In this document: piece after piece, positions 16,003 through 24,559 of the stretch | Numbering within the stretch: position 1 is the first letter of the stretch | How the letters are laid out: the number at the start of each line of letters is the position of its first letter | Source: Promethearchaeum syntrophicum | GTDB taxonomy: Archaea > Asgardarchaeota > Lokiarchaeia > Sigyniarchaeales > Promethearchaeaceae | Assembly: GCF_008000775.2 (NCBI RefSeq) | Contig: NZ_CP042905.2 | Location: 2,100,001-2,132,000 of the forward strand | Reading direction: 5' to 3' | Length of the DNA stretch: 32,000 nt | The notes under the pieces: generated by a model | Databases searched by the model: none | Seen by the model: only the letters and a program-made list of their open reading frames with translations | Told to the model about the DNA's origin: nothing | Translations under genes and position numbers: made by a program

Positions 16003-17259
16003 TTAAGTCCAATTTTTACATATTTCCATCAATGCTATCTGATGATTCTCTAAAGAATCCAAATCCACCCATTCATTGTCCTTATGATAATTTCCTCCCT
16101 TACATCCTAGTCCGATTGTTGGGATCGCGTGAAGAATAGGAGGTTGATAATCAGGTGAACTTAGCATATTTTCATCTGCAACTGAATTTCCTCCGGAAAA
16201 TCTGACATTATAACCTAGAGATTCCAAAGCGGAGATAGAAATCTGTGCTATTTTAGAATCCTTTGGAGTTACAAATGGAAGGAGAAAGGGGGTTGGGCGG
16301 ATTGATTTCCTGATTTGAAAATTTCCTAAGTCTAATACTTCGTTTATGCATGTTTTAAGTTGTTTAAGAACAAATTCTGGAGTTTCTGGAGGAACTAAAT
16401 GCCGATCAAATTCTATAAGACAAGAATCTGGTACCGAAAGAGAACTGGTGCCTGCATAAATTTTCAAAGGAGTGAGGGAAGCATTTGGTAAAAGATCATG
16501 TGTTCCCAATTGTAAATTCCCTGATTCTACAGATTTCATCACGTGGGCAATCACTTTGGCACCTAATTCTATTGCATTTATACCCGCTTTTGGTGTAGCA
16601 GCATGAGCGGCTTTTCCCTTGATTAAAACTTCTATTGCGATCCGCCCCCTTCTTCCTAATAGAATAGTTCCCACATCTGGCGTTTCTCCAATTTCAACTA
16701 CTTCCGAAATATCCGCAATTTCAGGACATATACAGCCTTGAACATCTCGAAGTAGATCAGTCTGTAGAAGTTGATACATACCTTTATCCACATATTCTTC
16801 ATCAATGGAAAATGCTAGTTTTAATTTTCGAGTGGAAAACCATTCAACAGGTAAAGAAATAGCAGTAGCAAGAATGGAGGCCACTCCCGCTTTCATATCG
16901 ATTGCTCCGTTACCGTACATTTTTCCTTCTTTTATTAAGGGCGTGAATGGATCTTGGGTCCATCCTAATTTTAAAGCGCGATCAATTATTTTTTGCCGAC
17001 TTTTCTCATTGTGAGGATTTTCATCTTCAACTCCCTGAATCGGTACAGTATCCAAGTGCCCAAAAAGGAGTAATGTATTTCCTGTACCTCGTTCTCCTAC
17101 AATACAAAATCTGTTTTCAACTGGGACTTTATGTACTCGAAAATTATGATTTTCTAAGAAACTTGAAACCCAATTTGCTATTTTATTCTCAAATGGATAA
17201 GGAGATGGAATTTCTACCAAATGATGGAGAATTCGTTGAACCGAAGGAAAATTTGACAT
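16003..17259 (-). CDS. M20-family metallopeptidase/deacylase (ArgE/DapE/CPG2-like)
   Basis: 418 aa. Metal-ligand motifs LLLFGHLDTVP, GNGAIDMKAG, FSIDEE and the C-terminal GGNYHKDNEWVDL; a dimerisation (lid) domain lies in between. Confidence 0.85.
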   Translation of the reverse strand: MSNFPSVQRILHHLVEIPSPYPFENKIANWVSSFLENHNFRVHKVPVENRFCIVGERGTGNTLLLFGHLDTVPIQGVEDENPHNEKSRQKIIDRALKLGWTQDPFTPLIKEGKMYGNGAIDMKAGVASILATAISLPVEWFSTRKLKLAFSIDEEYVDKGMYQLLQTDLLRDVQGCICPEIADISEVVEIGETPDVGTILLGRRGRIAIEVLIKGKAAHAATPKAGINAIELGAKVIAHVMKSVESGNLQLGTHDLLPNASLTPLKIYAGTSSLSVPDSCLIEFDRHLVPPETPEFVLKQLKTCINEVLDLGNFQIRKSIRPTPFLLPFVTPKDSKIAQISISALESLGYNVRFSGGNSVADENMLSSPDYQPPILHAIPTIGLGCKGGNYHKDNEWVDLDSLENHQIALMEICKNWT

Positions 17260-17311
17260 TATTCTAGATAATTATAAAAATTCTTTCTTTTTATGCACTT
17301 AGTTACCAAAA

Positions 17312-18085
17312 TCAGACTAGCGAATTCCCGGTTATTTGAGAAATGATAGGTAATAATTCTGTGCTGTTTTCATATTTATAATCTGCATATTCTGATTGAG
17401 CTCGATTTGATAGACAACTATTGCTTTGAATAGTATTTATACCTATTTCGTGGGCCATCTGCAAGAATTTTGGATTATCATCAATTACGATTGTGTATTT
17501 TGCGGTCCTATTATTAATTGTTAGGATTTTAGAATAAAAAGTGGAACTGAATTTTCCACAATTCAATAAATCAGGACCATAGAGTGTATTAAAATATTGA
17601 TTTGCGTTCATACCCAATAAATACCCATGAAGTTCAAATGAAGTCTCCCCCGAGGAAGTACACATAAGGTATCCTTGATTAGAAAGAGATTTTAATACTT
17701 CAATGATCCCTCTAGGAGGTGCTGCTGCTAATGGCGCAATCTTTTCAACAGTTTTATGAAAAAAATCCAAAAGACTAGAATTTGAGGGAATAGCAAGATT
17801 ATAACCAGAAAACAAGGATTTTCCCCAATTAATCATATGAGAACGGAAATAATTATTAAAATCATGTACACCCCCTCGATCGACAATTTGGAAGAACTCT
17901 TTCATGAATTTTTCAATATAATTAATATTAATTTCAATCCAACGTTGCTTTTCTCCCCCGTAGTGTTCCATCATATAATCTCCCAAAACCTGTTGAAATT
18001 TAAAACCACGAACATTATTATCATTAAGTACATTTCCGTCATCAAAAAGGATTAGCCAATCGGAAGGTGCGGTCATAAAAATCAT
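17312..18085 (-). CDS. HAD-superfamily-like hydrolase (non-canonical motif I)
   Basis: The track start (18121) is a TTG; ATG codons occur at 18085 (MIFMTAPSD) and 18076. WLILFDDGNVL resembles HAD motif I, MCTSSGE motif II and IVIDDNPKFLQMAHEIGI motif IV. The canonical DxDx(T/V) spacing is not met. Confidence 0.5.
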   Translation of the reverse strand: MIFMTAPSDWLILFDDGNVLNDNNVRGFKFQQVLGDYMMEHYGGEKQRWIEININYIEKFMKEFFQIVDRGGVHDFNNYFRSHMINWGKSLFSGYNLAIPSNSSLLDFFHKTVEKIAPLAAAPPRGIIEVLKSLSNQGYLMCTSSGETSFELHGYLLGMNANQYFNTLYGPDLLNCGKFSSTFYSKILTINNRTAKYTIVIDDNPKFLQMAHEIGINTIQSNSCLSNRAQSEYADYKYENSTELLPIISQITGNSLV

Positions 18086-18215
18086 AAATGTATAACCTAT
18101 AAAAAATTTCTGATGTAGCAATATGATTGAACATCAAGAAAATTAATCTCTTATTTTCATTTTCGATAGACCTAAAAATATTTCAAACGGTATTATTTGA
18201 ATACACTTATTGATC

Positions 18216-18962
18216 ATGGAGAATAGTTTTAAATTTTATTTAAAGGAAATTTCCCAAAATTTTCAAGGGTGGGATTTTTCTTACATCCGGAATAGAATGG
18301 TTGAATCTGTTAAAGAATGGAGTTATCATTCTATCATTATCCCATATATTTTACAATCCAACTCACTTTTGGATATGGGAACCGGTGGAGGTGAATTTTT
18401 AAGCATACTTCCTTTTCCTACAAAAACGATTGCTACGGAGTATTATGCTCCAAACATTCCTATCGCAAAAAAAAGATTGGAACCAAAGGGGGTCTCCGTA
18501 ATTCCCATAGAAGATGAAAATAATCTCCCTTTTGCTGATGAGCAATTTGATTTGATAATAAACCGGCATGAATATTTTAATCCCGCAGAAGTTGCTCGAA
18601 TTCTTCAACCTCAAAGTTATTTTATAACCCAACAAGTCGGAAATGAAAATGACATCGCGATAAACCATAAACTTGGTGCCCCAAATCCAGAGGATTATGA
18701 TCCAAATTGGACAGTAGATCATTTAGCTAAACAATTGAGTGAAAACGGCATGATAATAAAAACAAAACGGTCTTTAACATATACTACACGGATTTTTGAT
18801 ATTGGAGCTCTAGTTTACCATTTAAAAGCGATTCCCTGGCAAATTCCGAACTTCTCAGTTGATTTTTATAAGGATAAATTGTTTGAATTACATCAAGAAA
18901 TTCAAACAAAAGGATATTTTGATATTGAAAGCCAAAGATATTTAATAATTGGCCAAAAATAA
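18216..18962 (+). CDS. Class I SAM-dependent methyltransferase
   Basis: The track start (18210) is a TTG; the ATG at 18216 gives MENSFKF. Motif I is LLDMGTGGGEFL, followed by an acidic loop (ATEY) and FDLIINR (motif III/post II). Confidence 0.8.
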   Translation: MENSFKFYLKEISQNFQGWDFSYIRNRMVESVKEWSYHSIIIPYILQSNSLLDMGTGGGEFLSILPFPTKTIATEYYAPNIPIAKKRLEPKGVSVIPIEDENNLPFADEQFDLIINRHEYFNPAEVARILQPQSYFITQQVGNENDIAINHKLGAPNPEDYDPNWTVDHLAKQLSENGMIIKTKRSLTYTTRIFDIGALVYHLKAIPWQIPNFSVDFYKDKLFELHQEIQTKGYFDIESQRYLIIGQK

Positions 18963-19023
18963 CCACTTTCTTCAAGGGTTCAAGTCTGATATTAATTGAA
19001 AAAAATATAAAAAAATTTTACTA

Positions 19024-21186
19024 TTAAAGCTTTGGTTTAATTACTTCAAGTAATTCAGGTAAATCCATTTCTAAAGATTTAAGATGTTCAATTGTAGGAA
19101 CTCCGTTATTAGTCCATCCCCGTCGTTTGTAAACTGCATCAAGTAAATTCTCATACTGATTTTCCCTATATTCTCTAACAATTTTTACCTTTTCTTCAGT
19201 CGATTTACCTTCAGGGTCGATTTTCAGTATTTCTTTAAGTTGTTTATCATATCGTTCTTGGCGGGATTCGTATTCTTCAGCAGTTACCGGACCTGCTGAA
19301 CGATAAGGAATTGCATCATCACTTCTTAAACCTTTTCCCATTCGAATATTGAAAATGCGTTGGAAATTATAAACTCGTTCAGATTGTCTTATCAGTTCCT
19401 TTTCATCGATTCTAATTCCAGTTATTCCTTCAAATAACCATGTATAATTTTCAACATGTTCGGGTACTTTTGCGGCTTCATTTGGAGGATACTTTTTATT
19501 ATCTGCAGGACTAATATCGTTCCATGGTAACTTGCATAATCCCATTAATCCAAACCAAGTTCTGAACATTGGGAAATAATGTAAAGCTTCCGCTTTATCT
19601 TCAAATGTTGGAATTTGATTGTTGACCATATCCATGAAAATTAACCACGCTTCATCGTGTTGAGGTCCTTTATTGGTCATACCGTATCCTCCTTGTTGAG
19701 CTAAAGATTCTTTAGTTCCATATTCGGAGTATTCCAATCCTTTTTGCTCCATTCCAATATCCTGCAGAAATTTCGGATCCGCACCATATTTTTCAATGAA
19801 GATCTTCTTCATTTTTTTTATGCCCAAACCCACAATTTTACCAAAGCCGTCACCTCTTCCCATTTGATGTAGCAATTCCATGCTCGCTTCAGTATTTCCG
19901 AAATTTAACTCTAATCCTCCGGTAATTTCTTTATTTAGAATGCCATTTTCATAACATTCCATTACGAAGGCTGTTGCTGTTGAAAATGAAATGGTATCAA
20001 TTCCATAAGTATCACAGTAAAAATTCCCTTCAACGATAAATTCTGGATCGAAACACCCCATGTTACCCCCTAATCCTGCAGCGGTTTCATATTCCGGTCC
20101 CTCAACTACTACTTCTTCACCTTTATACGGACCTGTTTTCAATTTATATGGTTTAGTTACTCGAGAACAAGCCATGGTACACCCAACCCAGCAACCATCT
20201 GCTTTACCCACATCCCAATATTTGTCTCCAAAAATATCACAGTATATTTTTTTTGCATCTGGTAGGCTTCCGTATTTATAATTATGTGATGGAAGTAAAT
20301 CATACTGATCCATAACATCAATAATATTTGCAGTACCCACTTGTCGCATTCGATTCTGAACAGGATCCAAATCAAATATTTCTTTATTTATTCGTTTACC
20401 CGCTTTTTGTATCAATTCCATCTTTGCGGGATGATTTGCATCTCCTTTTAATGGGGGAGATTTTATAACCAGGGCTTCTATTTTCTTATCACGGAAAACT
20501 GTACCTATTCCTCCACGTCCCGCTTGTTTTACTCGAATCACTTTACGTTTTTGATCCCAAAATGAGAAGTTTAGCATTCCAAATAATGTATTATTTGCAC
20601 CCGTTCCGGTACTAACCACAGAGATGTTTCGTTTCTCCTTTTCGTCTGAAGCAAACATCTCGGTTAATTCTTCTGCCAAGATATGAGTATTAATTTCTTC
20701 AAGGGGAGCTTCAAAAATTTGCACTACTCCTGTAGTTCCATCAATGTAGACTATAACTTCATTTTCTGCTTTACCTTGTATTTCTAATGCATCCCATCCG
20801 CTAAATTTTAAATAAGGACCGAAAAAGCCACCTACATTGCTGTCAATAACAATGTCTGTCAAAGGGGATAAACTGACAACGAGCGATTTACCGGATCCAG
20901 GGTATTGAGTTATGCCACACACAGGACCTGTTCCAATTACAATCTCATTTTCTGGATCATTCCATCTTGTTTTTGGAGTTACAGCATTCCATAAATACCA
21001 GAGTCCAAAGCCTTTTCCACCAACGAATTTATCCTTCATAAATTGGGTGACTTCTTTTTTCTGGATAGTATTCTCAGAGATATTTACATATAAAGTTCTA
21101 TTAGTATAACCTTTATCAATTTCTCCTAGGTCATAGTGAAATTCTCCAAGAAGCTTAAATTTTTCTTTTAATTGTTGAATATTCAT
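19024..21186 (-). CDS. aor: Aldehyde:ferredoxin oxidoreductase family tungsto/molybdopterin enzyme, long (about 700-aa, YdhV-like) form
   Basis: 720 aa. N-domain NRTLYVNISENTIQKKEV...KFVGGKGFGLWYLW. Then GPEYETAAGLG, Cys cluster GCWVGCTMAC plus a distal GLCKLPW, DTISFSTATAFVMECYENG, and C-terminal YKRRGWTNNGVPTIEHL. GAGGT lies 8 nt upstream of the ATG. Confidence 0.92.
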   Translation of the reverse strand: MNIQQLKEKFKLLGEFHYDLGEIDKGYTNRTLYVNISENTIQKKEVTQFMKDKFVGGKGFGLWYLWNAVTPKTRWNDPENEIVIGTGPVCGITQYPGSGKSLVVSLSPLTDIVIDSNVGGFFGPYLKFSGWDALEIQGKAENEVIVYIDGTTGVVQIFEAPLEEINTHILAEELTEMFASDEKEKRNISVVSTGTGANNTLFGMLNFSFWDQKRKVIRVKQAGRGGIGTVFRDKKIEALVIKSPPLKGDANHPAKMELIQKAGKRINKEIFDLDPVQNRMRQVGTANIIDVMDQYDLLPSHNYKYGSLPDAKKIYCDIFGDKYWDVGKADGCWVGCTMACSRVTKPYKLKTGPYKGEEVVVEGPEYETAAGLGGNMGCFDPEFIVEGNFYCDTYGIDTISFSTATAFVMECYENGILNKEITGGLELNFGNTEASMELLHQMGRGDGFGKIVGLGIKKMKKIFIEKYGADPKFLQDIGMEQKGLEYSEYGTKESLAQQGGYGMTNKGPQHDEAWLIFMDMVNNQIPTFEDKAEALHYFPMFRTWFGLMGLCKLPWNDISPADNKKYPPNEAAKVPEHVENYTWLFEGITGIRIDEKELIRQSERVYNFQRIFNIRMGKGLRSDDAIPYRSAGPVTAEEYESRQERYDKQLKEILKIDPEGKSTEEKVKIVREYRENQYENLLDAVYKRRGWTNNGVPTIEHLKSLEMDLPELLEVIKPKL

Positions 21187-21237
21187 TTAATCTAACCTCA
21201 TAGATTTTTGGTTGATTAAAATATTGATTTTATTTAA

Positions 21238-21774
21238 TTAAAAAACTTCCATTATCTCGAGATTAATAGTTTTAATGGTTGTTAAGGTTTGTAACTCGGT
21301 ATATAAATCAAGAATTCGTTCATATTTTCCTTTTACAGCAATGATTTCCATGCATTTTTCCGCCCCTGCATGAATGTGCATGGCTGATAATATTATATCT
21401 AAGAAAGAGTGTTGAATTTCATTTGCTTTGATAAATTCCAACATCTCTCTGGGAACATAATATGGTTGATGTTGTACATCATGCGAATGCTCTCCAGATT
21501 CTGTCAGATTTATATTCTCTTCTTCATTTTCATGAGAATGTTTTTGGTTGGGTGGGTGAGCATGGACATGAGATTTTTCAATATAGGTTATTGTTCCTAA
21601 AATTTGTTTATTTGAAAAACCCCTCCTTTTTTTAGATTCTTGTATAATGTATTCTTGAATTGCTTTTCTAATTGCATCTGACCGAGAGAGATTAAGTTGC
21701 GTGCGAAGAGATTCGAACTCATCTCTAAGACTTATTGGTAAAGAAAATGAAATTCGATCATATTTTGATTCCAT
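21238..21774 (-). CDS. nikR: NikR-family nickel-responsive ribbon-helix-helix regulator with His-rich insertion
   Basis: 178 aa. The RHH domain is RISFSLPISLRDEFESLRTQLNLSRSDAIRKAIQEYI. The C-domain carries H122, H133, H135 and C141, with exactly the spacing of the E. coli NikR high-affinity Ni site (H76, H87, H89, C95): QH-x10-H-I-H-x5-C. There is an extra His-rich segment, SHVHAHPPNQKHSHENEEENINLTESGEHSHDVQH. Confidence 0.85.
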   Translation of the reverse strand: MESKYDRISFSLPISLRDEFESLRTQLNLSRSDAIRKAIQEYIIQESKKRRGFSNKQILGTITYIEKSHVHAHPPNQKHSHENEEENINLTESGEHSHDVQHQPYYVPREMLEFIKANEIQHSFLDIILSAMHIHAGAEKCMEIIAVKGKYERILDLYTELQTLTTIKTINLEIMEVF

Positions 21775-21831
21775 AAATAATAATAATCTTACATTGAGAT
21801 AAATTTTAAAATTTTCATTAATTGGATTAGA

Positions 21832-21850
21832 TATTCAGAAAATCTGAATA
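21832..21850. promoter_or_regulatory. Perfect 8-3-8 palindrome TATTCAGA-AAA-TCTGAATA in the nikR/hypothetical divergent promoter region (candidate operator)
   Basis: The arms at 21832-21839 and 21843-21850 are exact reverse complements. The site lies 58-76 nt upstream of the nikR ATG (21774) and 35-53 nt upstream of the ATG at 21885. Confidence 0.35.
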
Positions 21851-21884
21851 ATATGTTTTTACATATTTTTATTTGTGATTTACT

Positions 21885-23132
21885 ATGGTTTCAGATAACA
21901 TTTCAAACGAACAACCCGAAGATTCTAATGATAAACCTGAAAATGCAAGTGATGAAGTACTAGAAGCAAAAAAGGAAGAAGTTCCTCCAGAGAAATTAGA
22001 ATTTAAAGATATTTTAGATAAAGAAATTGGATTGATTAAAATACTTGATTATGTTAATAATTCAGTTTTTGATTTAATTTATCAAAAAAAATTGATGGAC
22101 AAATACCGAACGGAGATAATTCGACCTTTAATAGGAGAAATTGGTCAAGAATCAGAATATCTCGATGGTGGTAGACTTTTCTTACAAGAAGAATATGAAA
22201 AACTAGATATTGAAAAGAAATGTGATGAAATGATTCAATCTGCAGAAGAATTAGCTGCAGAAAATGGAGTTAGAAGACATGTTCAAAAAAGCATCGGGAT
22301 AATTTCTATGGTAATTATGGCAGTCTCAATGGGTATTTTTATCGCAGTAAGTACTTGGGCTCCAGATGCTTCGACTTATGTTATGATTCCTATGTTTCTA
22401 ATAATTTGTTTATTACCAAATACTCTTCGAACATTGATGATGAAAAAATGGCAGAAATTTAAAGTCGAACATAATTCAGAATTTATTGAAATGAAAAAAG
22501 ATACAATTGAAGATATAAGAATATTTATCCAAGATCTTATTAATGATACCCAAGATCGCTTAATAAGTAATAAAATTTCAGTCCAAGGTATTCAATTTCT
22601 ATTATATTCAAAAGATTATGATAATCTAGTTTTTGTAAGGCAACAAGAATCTAAATTAGGTGAATCACAATTCTTAGTGCATTTTACAGATCCTGAAGGA
22701 ATAGGCCAAGGTATGGCTAGTACCTATGGTAAATCAGGAATTCCAGAAGATGATGCAAATGATCAATTTATTGTCTTAAAAAATGCAGAATTTGATGATG
22801 AAGGGCTTTTAAAAGAATATAATCAGTATCTCTTACCAAAAGAAAAAGATCCTTTTGTAGAAGCTTTATTGGGAGGGTCAAAATTCAATGATGTTGATAA
22901 CCCCGAATATGTTATAGCAAATTTTAAAGAAAATGATGATATTAAATGTAATTGTGGAGAACCAGTAAAGCTTCAAGATTTTAAATCCTGCGAATCAATT
23001 TTACATGAACATTTTGAATACTTTTTGATTATTGGTGAAAAATGCACAACTTGTCGAAAGAATCCATTCATTCTTTTTAATTCCCCTGGAAATAAGGAAA
23101 TTCCTTCAGGTTTAAAACAATTATTCGAGTAA
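21885..23132 (+). CDS. Hypothetical protein: acidic N-terminus, TM hairpin, C-terminal Cys/His-rich zinc-finger-like module
   Basis: 415 aa. The N-terminal 40 aa are acidic. Two adjacent TM helices (IGIISMVIMAVSMGIFIAV, YVMIPMFLIICLLPNTL). C-terminal CNCGEPVKLQDFKSCESILHEHFEYFLIIGEKCTTCRKNPF. No family recognised. Confidence 0.6.
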   Translation: MVSDNISNEQPEDSNDKPENASDEVLEAKKEEVPPEKLEFKDILDKEIGLIKILDYVNNSVFDLIYQKKLMDKYRTEIIRPLIGEIGQESEYLDGGRLFLQEEYEKLDIEKKCDEMIQSAEELAAENGVRRHVQKSIGIISMVIMAVSMGIFIAVSTWAPDASTYVMIPMFLIICLLPNTLRTLMMKKWQKFKVEHNSEFIEMKKDTIEDIRIFIQDLINDTQDRLISNKISVQGIQFLLYSKDYDNLVFVRQQESKLGESQFLVHFTDPEGIGQGMASTYGKSGIPEDDANDQFIVLKNAEFDDEGLLKEYNQYLLPKEKDPFVEALLGGSKFNDVDNPEYVIANFKENDDIKCNCGEPVKLQDFKSCESILHEHFEYFLIIGEKCTTCRKNPFILFNSPGNKEIPSGLKQLFE

Positions 23133-23158
23133 TCTTTATATTTTTTTTTATTTTCTTT

Positions 23159-24559
23159 TTATTTAATTTGATAAAAATCTAAGAGAAATCTGAGAGATTT
23201 TACGGCCCGTTCAATTTCATTAGTAAAAACAGGAATTTTCAGTTTGGTCCCAATTTCTAAAATTCGGGATCCTCCCTCTCTTTCAGCTTGAATTAATACA
23301 CATAGGATTGGCTTATTTGGATATTTTTCCTTGATAGTCTCAAAAATTGAAAAATTGAATTCAATCTCAGTAAAAAACTCTAATGCCAAGAATAATGCAC
23401 TGACTTGAGGGTCTTTCAATAAAGTATTACTTGCTTGGTGATAAACTCGACATACTTGGGTGCCAATAAATTCTTTTGGGGGCCAGTAATCAACCGGATT
23501 CCCTAATTCACATGTTGAACCTCCAATATTCTCCATTATAAATCTTCTATTTTCTTCTTTCAAATTCGCTAAATGTATCTCTTGATTTCGCATTTCGGAT
23601 ATAATTAGGTTAATCGCTCCAGATGAGGGGCCTATAATTCCCACTGCATTTGATATTGGAGGGGGACACCAAAGAAAAACTTTCGCAAACTCAAATAATT
23701 CAATATAATTTTCTACAGGATTTGCACCCAATTCCTTAAATTTCTGTTCGGTTTTAGAAGGTTTACCAACGTATTTATAGAGAATTGGTTTTTTCTTTTT
23801 ATATTTGGCTAAAACGGTAATATAATCTTCTGTGATTTCTTTTAAGTACAACAGAATTATCTCAGTGTTTGGATCTTCAAAAAGATATTCCAGCATATCA
23901 GCTTCTGATATATCAAGTGCTTTACCAATATGAATTATTTTTGCTAATGGAATCTCCTGATCTGGTGCCCACCAACCACAAGCACCTGTCAGTCCACCAC
24001 TTTGAGCCATAAAACTTGCTCCACTTTGAGGTTTTTCTTTACGATTTGGTAAAACTATGTGAGATCGCGTTGGAATAATTGAAGATGTAAAAAAATGCTG
24101 AAAATCAATTAAACCAATCATACTCGGACCTAGAATTTTGAGATCAAAATCAGAAATGATTTTCTTAATTGAATTGTCTAAAATTATTTGTTCATCATTA
24201 CCTAATTTCTGTGAGAAATCAACTTCTATTAAAATGTGTTTTACTTTCTGTTCTCCCAATAGCTTCAAAGTCTCTAATAGATTTTTTTGGGTCAGAATTA
24301 TCGCTAGTTCTGGTTTCGCACCATTATTAAAAAGATCTTTCAGATTATTAACACATGGGATCCCCATTACAACATCGGTATAGGGGTGCACAATATATAT
24401 TTTTCCTTTATATTGAATTTCTAATAAGTTTTTTAGGAGAATTCCGTTAAAAGTATACTCGTTACGCGATGCACCTATAATAACCACTGATTTTGGATTA
24501 AAAAATGGATTAATTTTTTCCAATATTGAATTCCCACTAATTTTTTCCCCTATGCTCAT
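23159..24559 (-). CDS. ADP-forming acyl-CoA synthetase (ACD) alpha-subunit-like CoA-binding protein, lacking the catalytic phosphohistidine loop
   Basis: 466 aa, the size of ACD alpha. FNPKSVVIIGASRN, YKGKIYIVHPY, ELAIILT, ILGPSMIGL, FMAQSGGL, GKALDISEADMLEYLFEDPNTEIILLYLKEI and GNPVDY all follow ACD-alpha order. There is no SHTGxLAG/GHAGA-type loop after KKKPILYKYVGKPSKTEQ. Confidence 0.7.
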   Translation of the reverse strand: MSIGEKISGNSILEKINPFFNPKSVVIIGASRNEYTFNGILLKNLLEIQYKGKIYIVHPYTDVVMGIPCVNNLKDLFNNGAKPELAIILTQKNLLETLKLLGEQKVKHILIEVDFSQKLGNDEQIILDNSIKKIISDFDLKILGPSMIGLIDFQHFFTSSIIPTRSHIVLPNRKEKPQSGASFMAQSGGLTGACGWWAPDQEIPLAKIIHIGKALDISEADMLEYLFEDPNTEIILLYLKEITEDYITVLAKYKKKKPILYKYVGKPSKTEQKFKELGANPVENYIELFEFAKVFLWCPPPISNAVGIIGPSSGAINLIISEMRNQEIHLANLKEENRRFIMENIGGSTCELGNPVDYWPPKEFIGTQVCRVYHQASNTLLKDPQVSALFLALEFFTEIEFNFSIFETIKEKYPNKPILCVLIQAEREGGSRILEIGTKLKIPVFTNEIERAVKSLRFLLDFYQIK

